A stretch of DNA of 64,000 nt from a virus: positions 356-64,355 of IMG/VR virus record IMGVR_UViG_3300040801_001530; one strand, given 5' to 3'. Positions 39,651 through 47,001 of the stretch are shown here, in pieces. The notes below the pieces were generated by a model, which was given only the letters and a program-made list of their open reading frames with translations, ran no database searches and was not told the origin of the DNA. How positions within the stretch are numbered: the first letter of the stretch is position 1; each line of letters begins with the position of its first letter. Both the position numbers and the translations under genes were made by a program.

Positions 39651-39720
39651 TAGGGCGTGCCGGTTGCGATTCGGCATCTCCCGCGCCAACGCGGGTGCTT
39701 TTACATTAAGCTAACGCCCT
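39651..39720 (-). tRNA. Degenerate tRNA-like gene (TGG/Pro-like, 16-nt anticodon arm, non-canonical T-loop)
   Basis: Perfect 7-bp acceptor AGGGCGT/ACGCCCT, D-arm GCTT/AAGC, arm CCCGCGTTGGCGCGGG, T-loop ATCGCAA. Confidence 0.55.
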
Positions 39721-39852
39721 CGCCGGTATTTTATAGCGCCCCGCTGCGTCGGCGCTTATTAATAACACCCCGTCGGGTTTTACCGTCGTCACGGCAAAGG
39801 GTTGTGTTTGTGTATCTATAAAAGGGCAAACAACCTCTATCTGAAGCCCCTT

Positions 39853-39921
39853 AAAGCATTGTCGGGATTGAACCGACCACCTCCGCATAGAGCGGCGTAA
39901 TCACCAGATTACTTAATGCCT
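39853..39921 (-). tRNA. Aberrant tRNA-like gene with shortened anticodon arm centred on CTA
   Basis: Acceptor AGGCATT/AATGCTT, D-arm GTAA/TTAC with GG, T-arm GTCGG-TTCAATC-CCGAC, arm CCGC-TCTAT-GCGG. Confidence 0.6.
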
Positions 39922-39973
39922 TCGTAAAGCATCGACACGCCCCATATGTGAGGCTATGTTTATATACAAAACA

Positions 39974-40002
39974 ACTATATCACATCCCGGCGGACTTGTC
40001 AA
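39974..40002 (-). promoter_or_regulatory. Sigma70 promoter for the tRNA cluster, overlapping the last codons of iscB
   Basis: TTGACA-17 nt-TATAGT on the minus strand. Confidence 0.7.
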
Positions 40003-41335
40003 GGGCTGTGTCATGTTTAACAACGATATGCCCTATAGAGCGCTGTAGAACGGTGCAAGCGCTAGGGGATGCGCTGTGTCGTTGCCCGCGTCTATCTGTG
40101 ATGCTAAACCCGCCCTTAGCACGCCAACTGGTAACAAACCCCGTGAATGTGGTACCATCGCGCTTAATCACCCTGACAAAATCACGTGCTCTAATTCCAT
40201 CTCTCGTTTTTGCGCGGGCCTTCGGCTTTGCGCGGGGGAACCCGAATTTATCCGGTTTGCACGCTTGCCTGCTGCCACGGGCTTTGGCAATAATCAACTT
40301 AGGCACGATAGAGCGCGGTATAATAATCTTTGAGCCTATCGCCCCCACGCAGGCCGCGTCTATCCAATGGTCTTTAGGATACCCGGCTAAGGTACGATTA
40401 TATTTAGTAAGCGCCCCCGTGCCCAACTCTACGATTAGCCCCGATGCCTCTAGCCGTTCCCGTAACACAATGCGTGTAGCATTTACAGCCGCCATATCCC
40501 GCATAGATAGCCCCCGCTGTGCTTTTGCTTGCAGCGCGGGGTGTCCAAACTCGTCTGCGGTATTATTACCCTTGCGCTGGTTGCATGGCCCGCAGGCTAT
40601 TGCTAGATTATCAATCCGATTAGAGCCACCGCGCGATTTAGGGACAATATGCTCAATCTGTAGGGGTACGTTTGCGGCACCGCAATAGGCGCACTTCCTA
40701 CCCCACTTCTCTAACAGATATTCCCTAACCTCGTACCCCGCTAGTGTGCCCTGCTGGTATTCCACACCACTAATTGCAGGGTTGGCCATTAGTTGAGTAT
40801 CAAACTTAACATCCTCTAGCGCGTTGTGCTCATAGCCTGTATAACGCCATACACGCTCCGCCCAAACCATAGTATTATCCAAGCGGCTACGCATAGAGGG
40901 CGCAAGCCAACCCTTCGGCACCATGCGACGGTAGGTGATTTTACCTGCCCGCTTATTTGCGCCTAGCACCTCACCAGCACGGGGCCGCCACGGGCGATAG
41001 CGCAGGTTAGCTGTACGGCGGCGGCGACGGTATCCGCTACGATCTTTTAAATGCTTGACCACTACACTAGCCCGGTGTTCGAGATTTGCGCCCCATACGA
41101 CAGTAGGCCCGCGCTTAAAATCAGCTACCAACGCTATACCCGTTGTTTTGCTGCCGGGATCTATTTTGTATTGCATGGCTTGCTTATGGCCGCCTTCGTG
41201 GTCTTTTAATATGATGGTAAATGGCGTGTGGCGATAAACCGCCGCCTTACCATCACGCAACAGCTTACGCGCCCGTGCCGGTTGACATGGCATTAAGGGC
41301 TGCTTATGTTTGTCTAGTACAAAAACACGGCTCAT
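39980..41335 (-). CDS. iscB: IscB RNA-guided endonuclease (PLMP, split RuvC, bridge helix, HNH)
   Basis: VFVLDKHKQPLMPC (PLMP); IDPGSKTTG (RuvC-I); RRRRRTANLRYR bridge helix; LEDVKFDTQ (RuvC-II); EHIVPKSRGGSNRIDNLAIACGPCNQRKG (HNH); HWIDAACV (RuvC-III). Confidence 0.97.
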   Translation of the reverse strand: MSRVFVLDKHKQPLMPCQPARARKLLRDGKAAVYRHTPFTIILKDHEGGHKQAMQYKIDPGSKTTGIALVADFKRGPTVVWGANLEHRASVVVKHLKDRSGYRRRRRTANLRYRPWRPRAGEVLGANKRAGKITYRRMVPKGWLAPSMRSRLDNTMVWAERVWRYTGYEHNALEDVKFDTQLMANPAISGVEYQQGTLAGYEVREYLLEKWGRKCAYCGAANVPLQIEHIVPKSRGGSNRIDNLAIACGPCNQRKGNNTADEFGHPALQAKAQRGLSMRDMAAVNATRIVLRERLEASGLIVELGTGALTKYNRTLAGYPKDHWIDAACVGAIGSKIIIPRSIVPKLIIAKARGSRQACKPDKFGFPRAKPKARAKTRDGIRARDFVRVIKRDGTTFTGFVTSWRAKGGFSITDRRGQRHSASPSACTVLQRSIGHIVVKHDTALDKSAGM

Positions 41336-41369
41336 AGCCTACCCTTCTATGTGATTGGTGTATATTACA

Positions 41370-41695
41370 AAAATGCCGTAGAGTTGCGTAACCCCACGGC
41401 ATTTTGTGCCACTGTAAAATGGCCACTCCTAGCCGCTTACGCGGCATCGGGTAAAGGTCTCCTTGGCAATGTTATGCACGGTTTATCGCTAACAGCACTT
41501 CGCTAAGCGGGTTACGATGTTTAACTGTTGAGCCGTATTTTACCCAGACTGGAGAAGCATCCGGGGATACCTATATATTCGCACATAACGTAGGCTATTT
41601 AGCGTTTATGGCGCTATTCGCCTTAGCCGGGATGCAGTGGTATTGTAAACGTTTTGGGGTTACAATACCCCCACGGCGTGGGGCCGCTCTGCAAC
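41370..41695 (-). ncRNA. Omega RNA (HEARO-type) scaffold fused to the terminal CRISPR repeat
   Basis: Minus strand CTACGTTATGTGCGAATATATAGGTATCCCCGGATGCTTCTCCAGTCTGGG...TAAACA...CATAACATTGCCAAGGAGACCTTTACCCG matches the recalled IscB omega RNA core; 3' hairpin 41371-41404; ends approximate. Confidence 0.85.
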
Positions 41696-41829
41696 AAACG
41701 CGATACCATAAATGAGTTACAATACCCCCACGGCGTGGGGCCGCTCTGCAACTTTAGCAAATCGAGCTTTGCCCTTATCGTTTGAGGATTACAATACCCC
41801 CCCCACACGGCGTAGGGCCACGCTAGAAC
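41659..41829 (-). CRISPR. Mini CRISPR array: two identical 37-nt repeats, one degenerate repeat, two spacers (20 and 35 nt)
   Basis: Repeat GTTGCAGAGCGGCCCCACGCCGTGGGGGTATTGTAAC at 41659-41695 and 41716-41752; degenerate copy 41788-41829; spacers 41696-41715 and 41753-41787. Confidence 0.88.
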
Positions 41830-41835
41830 ACACTA

Positions 41836-41864
41836 AGTGTATCATGCATCACGTCTCTTGTCAA
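41836..41864 (-). promoter_or_regulatory. Sigma70 promoter driving array-omegaRNA-iscB
   Basis: TTGACA-17 nt-TACACT; predicted start ~41829-41830, at the first repeat; overlaps a divergent TTGTCA-17-TAAACT (41858-41886). Confidence 0.8.
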
Positions 41865-41920
41865 GGGTTAGATTATATGGTAAACTTTTAGCATATCTAA
41901 AGGATAAGGAAGCGAACAAG

Positions 41921-42397
41921 ATGTTATTTAAACCTGAATTAGTGGCTAAGGTATTAGAAGGCCAAAAGACGCAAACGCGGCGGCTTTGGCGCGAAGGCGA
42001 TATGGCAATAAAAGCGGGGCTGCTTTACGAACAGACAGAAGACAGCCCTATTAAATTTGTTCGTCGCGTAACTAAGTCTGGCAAAACCCGTATGCATCGG
42101 GCTGTTAAATCTGACTACGCACTCCAGCCGGGGCGGGGTAAGCCAGGCGTGGCACGTATCCGTCTAGATGCCATCCGCTTAGAACACTTGCAAGACATCA
42201 CACAGCAAGACGCGCAAGCCGAGGGCTTTGCCGGTGTTGACGAGTTTAAAAGCTATTGGGATATGATTAACAACCGCGCTGGTGTGCGATGGGTTGATAA
42301 CCCTAGGGTGTGGGTTTTGGATTTTACGGTAGTAGAGCGTGCCGCCGAGGATGTGCTAGCGGCGCTTGCGCATAATCTGGCGGAGCGTAATGAATGA
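41921..42397 (+). CDS. ASCH-domain protein
   Basis: MLFKPELVAKVLEGQKTQTRR...LQDITQQDAQAEGF...NPRVWVLDF. Confidence 0.8.
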   Translation: MLFKPELVAKVLEGQKTQTRRLWREGDMAIKAGLLYEQTEDSPIKFVRRVTKSGKTRMHRAVKSDYALQPGRGKPGVARIRLDAIRLEHLQDITQQDAQAEGFAGVDEFKSYWDMINNRAGVRWVDNPRVWVLDFTVVERAAEDVLAALAHNLAERNE

Positions 42398-42891
42398 GGA
42401 TGTTAACTATGGATGATAAAAAACAGTGTGCACGGTGCGGGGAAGTCTTGCCGCTTACCGATTACCACGTAACGCGGGCGGCGGATGGTAAGCTATATGC
42501 ATACTGTCGCGCTTGCCATCGTGAATACCAGCGCGTCTGGCGGCAAAAGCGGCGGATACAAAGCCGGATTTTAGACAAGATGCAAATAACCAGCGCCGAT
42601 GGGCCTAGCTTTGCCGCCGGTGCCGAGTGTGCGGCGGGGGTAGCAAGCGATATGATGGTAGAGCAAAGTGCATCATACAATGCGCTAGTAACGCGGGTTT
42701 GTGACGCGCTATCTACAGTAAATAAGATGCGTATGGAGGCATACGCGGCGCTTGATGTGTCGGAGCGGTTAGACCCTGAAGGGTATGAGGCGGCTGTAAT
42801 GGCTAGCCCAGCATATCAGGCTTATGACATGGTATATAACTTGGTACTAAAAGTGTTACAAGATAGTTACCCAGGAGGGGATGATGAGTAA
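42394..42891 (+). CDS. Zinc-finger protein
   Basis: CARCGEVLPLTDYH...YCRACHRE, similar to the N-terminus of 44419..45231. Confidence 0.55.
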   Translation: MRMLTMDDKKQCARCGEVLPLTDYHVTRAADGKLYAYCRACHREYQRVWRQKRRIQSRILDKMQITSADGPSFAAGAECAAGVASDMMVEQSASYNALVTRVCDALSTVNKMRMEAYAALDVSERLDPEGYEAAVMASPAYQAYDMVYNLVLKVLQDSYPGGDDE

Positions 42892-43210
42892 GAAGGCAAC
42901 TAAAAAGGCACGGGAACTATGGCCCGATCGGGTTGGCTATCTAGGCGATAGCAACGTATACACGGCGGCTATGTTGTGGGGGCGTGCCTCTATGGGCTGG
43001 CTATCGTGCGAAGAATTAGCGGTGATAGATATGTTATTACGCACGTTACCAAGTAACGAGCATGATAACCTACTATTCGATATACAGCAAATGCGCACAG
43101 GTGTTTATTATCGGCCTAGCTTCGATGATATACAAACCCGCTACCAAGCCATTATTGACGGGGCTAACCCGCCCCCATTCGATTATAGCGGCGGTAATAA
43201 TGCCGATTGA
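42881..43210 (+). CDS. Hypothetical protein
   Basis: Coupled ORF with RBS GGAGG. Confidence 0.5.
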   Translation: MMSKKATKKARELWPDRVGYLGDSNVYTAAMLWGRASMGWLSCEELAVIDMLLRTLPSNEHDNLLFDIQQMRTGVYYRPSFDDIQTRYQAIIDGANPPPFDYSGGNNAD

Positions 43211-43529
43211 TTATAGCCAATACTGTAGGGACTGGCGCACGTTTAGCCGCGTTATGCGTTTTGTGATAGCGGGCAACCGGTGCGAGTGGTGCGGGGCTGT
43301 GAATTACGAACCACACCCCGACACCGGCTCTAAAGTGATTCTAACCGTGGCACATATTGACCACGACAAGACCAACAACACCCCCAAAAACCTACGTGCT
43401 TTGTGCCAACGTTGCCACCTTAGCCATGATAGAGAACACCATGCCCACAGTCGGGCGGCAAATCGGCGTAAGGCGCTGGAGGATGCGGGGCAATTGAGAT
43501 TAATAGAGGTGGAGGGCACTAATGAGTAG
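43200..43529 (+). CDS. Small HNH endonuclease
   Basis: RCEWCG...LTVAHIDHDKTNNTPKNLRALCQRCHLSHD. Confidence 0.8.
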   Translation: MPIDYSQYCRDWRTFSRVMRFVIAGNRCEWCGAVNYEPHPDTGSKVILTVAHIDHDKTNNTPKNLRALCQRCHLSHDREHHAHSRAANRRKALEDAGQLRLIEVEGTNE

Positions 43530-43743
43530 CAAGCCGTTTGGGCATTTTGAGTGTGACGGTGCAAAGTACTTTTATATCCGGCTTGGCAGCCGCTTGTATC
43601 TGGTAGAGCGTGGCGAGCGCGGGGTGCATTTTATGGCGGTGGGCGAAGCCGAGTCTGGCGGTGGATTTTTAGCGCCGGATGAGTGCCCCGATCCGCCAAC
43701 CCCGCCGGGCAAGCCGGGTTGGACGGGGTTAAACAAGCCATAA
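43522..43743 (+). CDS. Hypothetical protein
   Basis: Coupled ORF with RBS GGAGG. Confidence 0.45.
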   Translation: MSSKPFGHFECDGAKYFYIRLGSRLYLVERGERGVHFMAVGEAESGGGFLAPDECPDPPTPPGKPGWTGLNKP

Positions 43744-44411
43744 TGGGTGGATTACGGTTACTTGACTTGTTTTGCGGGGCTGGCGGCTGTGCTGGCGGCT
43801 GTGCTGTCGGCTACCATCGGGCGGGGTTTGCTGAGGTTGTGGGGGTGGACATCGCCCCGCAGCCTAATTACCCTTTTACGTTTGTATTAGGTGACGCGCT
43901 AGAGTATGTTAGCAAGCATGGGCACACATTCGACATGATACACGCTAGCCCACCATGCCAAGCGTACTCTATCACATGCCACATACACGGCAAAAGTAAG
44001 AGCTACCCCGACTTAATAGGTGCAACACGTGCGGCGTTACGTGCCACGGGTAAGCCGTATGTTATCGAGAATGTGCCAGGATCGCCGCTTGTAAATCCGG
44101 TTAAGTTGCGCGGTGATATGTTTGGGCTTCGTGTGCTTAGAGAACGATGGTTCGAGACTAACCCTTGGCTACTATCTCCCCCGATGCCACCGCGCCCCAA
44201 AGACGCATACACTAACGTAAGCCGTGGGTATTCGTCTTTTAGTGCGGGGGCTACTTATATTTGCGTAGCTGGCCATAATTTTAGCCGCGCCGACGGGGCT
44301 AAGGCTATGGCCATAGATTGGATGCAAGCACGCGACGAGCTAGCGCAAGCAATACCGCCCGCTTACACGGAATATATAGGTAAGCAAATGATAAGAGTAA
44401 TAGCAGAATAG
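43743..44411 (+). CDS. C5-cytosine DNA methyltransferase-like protein (short phage type)
   Basis: LLDLFCGAGG, VGVDI, IHASPPCQAYS, YVIENV. Confidence 0.8.
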   Translation: MGGLRLLDLFCGAGGCAGGCAVGYHRAGFAEVVGVDIAPQPNYPFTFVLGDALEYVSKHGHTFDMIHASPPCQAYSITCHIHGKSKSYPDLIGATRAALRATGKPYVIENVPGSPLVNPVKLRGDMFGLRVLRERWFETNPWLLSPPMPPRPKDAYTNVSRGYSSFSAGATYICVAGHNFSRADGAKAMAIDWMQARDELAQAIPPAYTEYIGKQMIRVIAE

Positions 44412-44418
44412 GTGTGAT

Positions 44419-45231
44419 ATGTGTGAGACAACTAAGGTATGCGCAAAGTGCGGTAAAGAGAAGCCGTTAAGTGAATTTTATCGGCAGGCAGCCTGTAGTG
44501 ATGGCTGTGGGTCTTATTGTAAGGAATGTACCCGCGAATACGAGCGGGAACGTTACGCCAATGACCCGGAATACCAGGAACGCAAGCGGGAACGCAATCG
44601 AGAATACAACCGGGTGCGCTATGCCAATGACCCGGAATACCAGGAACGCAAGCGGGAACGTAATCGGGAACGCCGGGCCAATGACCCGGAATACCGGGAA
44701 CGCGAGCGGGAACGCTATGCCAATGACCCAGAATACCGGGAACGCAAGCGGGAACGCGAGCGGGTGCGCTATGCCAATGACCCGGAATACCGGGAACGTA
44801 AGCGGGAATACAAGCGGGAACGCTGGGCCAATGACCCGGAATACCGGGAACGTCACCGGGAATACAGGCGGGCACGTCGCGCTAAAAACCACGGCCTACC
44901 GTTTGCGTGGGGCACCGAAGACAGCCAGCGGGCACTAGACTATTGGCATGGGCGCTGCGCTTATTGTGGGGAGCCGTTAGCTGATTTATTTGGCGATGTC
45001 GTGCCACACATGGATCACTATATTCCCATCTCATACGCGGGCGAAGACAACCCCGGCACGGTACCGGAGAACATGTTACCGACGTGCTCTGAATGTAACT
45101 TAAGTAAAAACGCCGCTATGCCCGAAGAGTGGGTAGAACGCACATTCGGTAAGCGCAAGGCCAAAGGGATTATTAAGCGCATACTAGAATACTTTGAGTG
45201 GGTAGAGGATACCATGCTAGATGCGGATTAG
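44419..45231 (+). CDS. HNH endonuclease with N-terminal zinc finger and six ANDPEY charged repeats
   Basis: CAKC...CKEC; repeats; RCAYCG...MDHYIPIS...NMLPTCSECNLSK. Confidence 0.8.
   Translation: MCETTKVCAKCGKEKPLSEFYRQAACSDGCGSYCKECTREYERERYANDPEYQERKRERNREYNRVRYANDPEYQERKRERNRERRANDPEYRERERERYANDPEYRERKRERERVRYANDPEYRERKREYKRERWANDPEYRERHREYRRARRAKNHGLPFAWGTEDSQRALDYWHGRCAYCGEPLADLFGDVVPHMDHYIPISYAGEDNPGTVPENMLPTCSECNLSKNAAMPEEWVERTFGKRKAKGIIKRILEYFEWVEDTMLDAD
44540..44880 (+). repeat. Imperfect coding tandem repeat, core GCCAATGACCCGGAATAC x6
   Basis: Six copies read directly, one with a G>A variant. Confidence 0.9.
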
Positions 45232-45273
45232 GTAAACATAATAGAACTTATCACGAGTTATGAAGGTAGGTAA

Positions 45274-45354
45274 ATGATGCTACAACTAACACCGGATAGC
45301 GTACACTGTATAGATGGTCTGGCTTTACTCAATGCATTACCAACCGAATCGTAG
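45274..45354 (+). pseudogene. Truncated N-terminus of an N4/N6 DNA methyltransferase
   Basis: MMLQLTPDSVHCIDGLALLNALPTES* resembles the IHCGDCLELLKxLPDESVD start, then stops. Confidence 0.4.
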
Positions 45355-45493
45355 GGGCTAAAGGCTAATAGAATTAGCCACATATGTCTATAGTTAAGGG
45401 CTACTACTATATCCGCACGTTTTAGCGTTTGCATCCCGTATGTGTTTGTGTTATTATAAGGGAATATGGTATCTAAGCAAAACAGGCTGTCTA

Positions 45494-46105
45494 ATGTATG
45501 ATATTATCTATGCGGATCCACCCTGGCTTTATCGCGTATGGTCTGATAAAGGCACAGGGCGTAGCGCGGAGCAACACTATAGCACCATGAGCCTAGAGGC
45601 GCTTAAGCTCGTACCAGTGGCACGGCTAGCTAACCCTAACAGTGTATTACTGATGTGGGTAACGTGGCCTAATCTAGTAGAGGCGTTAGAGGTGGGGGCG
45701 GCGTGGGGCTTTGCATATAAAACGTGTGCCTTCGATTGGCTTAAGCGCACATCTACAAACGCAACTTGGCATATAGGATTAGGACACTACACGCGGGCTA
45801 ATTCGGAGCCGTGCCTGCTGTTTACGCACGGCAAGCCCCTAACGAGGCACAATAAAGGGGTTAGGCAACTGATAGCGGATGACAACGGTACATTACTAGC
45901 CCCGCTTGTTGCGCCCATTGCTAGGCACTCTAAAAAGCCCCTAGAAGCCTATGACAGAATTGATAAGTTGTGGCCTAACGCTAGCAAGGTAGAGTTATTT
46001 GCACGCCAGCGGCGCGTTGGGTGGACTAGTCTAGGTAATGAGATAGATGGCAAGGATATTAGCCAGGCGATAGAAGATTTAATATTAGTGCAAGATAGCG
46101 TATAA
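45494..46105 (+). CDS. MT-A70-family adenine methyltransferase
   Basis: YDIIYADPPW, LLMWVT, GLGHYTRANSEPCLL, HSKKP, VELFARQ. Confidence 0.88.
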   Translation: MYDIIYADPPWLYRVWSDKGTGRSAEQHYSTMSLEALKLVPVARLANPNSVLLMWVTWPNLVEALEVGAAWGFAYKTCAFDWLKRTSTNATWHIGLGHYTRANSEPCLLFTHGKPLTRHNKGVRQLIADDNGTLLAPLVAPIARHSKKPLEAYDRIDKLWPNASKVELFARQRRVGWTSLGNEIDGKDISQAIEDLILVQDSV

Positions 46106-46116
46106 GGTGCGGTGCG

Positions 46117-46335
46117 ATGTTCGTTTACGTTTTGGAGTATCGTTATGAGGGGCGCGGGCATATGATAGGCGTCTATACCGATATTGAGCTAGCTAAGCAG
46201 GCAGGGCGTGTTTGGTCGGGATGCGATGATATGCCGGAGTGGGACATGTACAACGAAGATATTTATTGGGGTTATGAACATAACGACGAGGTAGAGTTAA
46301 CCATTACACGTGTACTATTAAACAAAACGCTATAG
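46117..46335 (+). CDS. Hypothetical protein
   Basis: Short ORF in a run of co-oriented genes. Confidence 0.45.
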   Translation: MFVYVLEYRYEGRGHMIGVYTDIELAKQAGRVWSGCDDMPEWDMYNEDIYWGYEHNDEVELTITRVLLNKTL

Positions 46336-46348
46336 GGGGGGGCTTGAT

Positions 46349-46576
46349 TTGGATAACCTAAATGCGAATGATGTTATTAACAAGCTATTAAACGGGCAAG
46401 AGACTACACTAAGCGAAGATGAGCGTGCAACGCTTATAGACTACATTAGCGGTATGGCTAATATGAGTGACGAAGTAGATATAACATTCTATACAACAGA
46501 CGAGGGTAAGACCATCACAGGTGTTACTATCACAGTAATATGGGGTGATGAGACTGCAGGCGGGTTCCTACAATGA
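46349..46576 (+). CDS. Hypothetical protein
   Basis: TTG start after a G-rich RBS. Confidence 0.4.
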   Translation: MDNLNANDVINKLLNGQETTLSEDERATLIDYISGMANMSDEVDITFYTTDEGKTITGVTITVIWGDETAGGFLQ

Positions 46577-46678
46577 CAATGGGAGCTTTAAGCGTTGTGG
46601 GTGTCCTAGTCATGGGCTTTGTGGTGATACCCGGCGTGGTTTGTGTGCTGGCCATATCCGATTATCTCAAGTTAAGGG

Positions 46679-46954
46679 GTGTGTGTAATGTCTGATTTGC
46701 CGATACAGTTTGTTAAGGACTATCACAAGGGCTGGTTATATCGACTCCGTGATATTGTTCGCTTTGTTGGCCTAATCCCAGCGTGGCCTATGTTGGTACT
46801 GTTATGGCTCATGCTAGACGACACAGATAATTACTTAGCTGCTGAAGACGCGGTTATCTGGTGCGTGGGATTTATCTATGTTTGTATGGCCGCTATTATG
46901 TGCTTCATAATTCCATTAACCCTTTTGGCGGCATGGTTGGGTAGTCTTCTGTAG
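46679..46954 (+). CDS. Small membrane protein
   Basis: Two hydrophobic segments. Confidence 0.4.
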   Translation: MCVMSDLPIQFVKDYHKGWLYRLRDIVRFVGLIPAWPMLVLLWLMLDDTDNYLAAEDAVIWCVGFIYVCMAAIMCFIIPLTLLAAWLGSLL

Positions 46955-47001
46955 GTGGTTGAGGGCCGCAAGCCCTTTAATAATAACCGGGAGGTATATA
47001 T

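Noticed and set aside
39980-41335. Calling the nuclease TnpB, IsrB or Cas9
   Set aside because: PLMP plus an intact HNH excludes TnpB and IsrB; 451 aa without a REC lobe excludes Cas9
41623-41808. 61-aa ORF across the array
   Set aside because: Translation of repeats (LQSGPTPWGYCN twice); not a gene
43779-43802. 12-bp tandem duplication (AGGC AGGC) in methylase motif I
   Set aside because: In-frame slippage of four residues; may be an assembly artefact and has no evident function
44432-44938. Three alternative-frame ORFs with repetitive sequence
   Set aside because: By-products of the stop-free tandem repeat in the HNH gene
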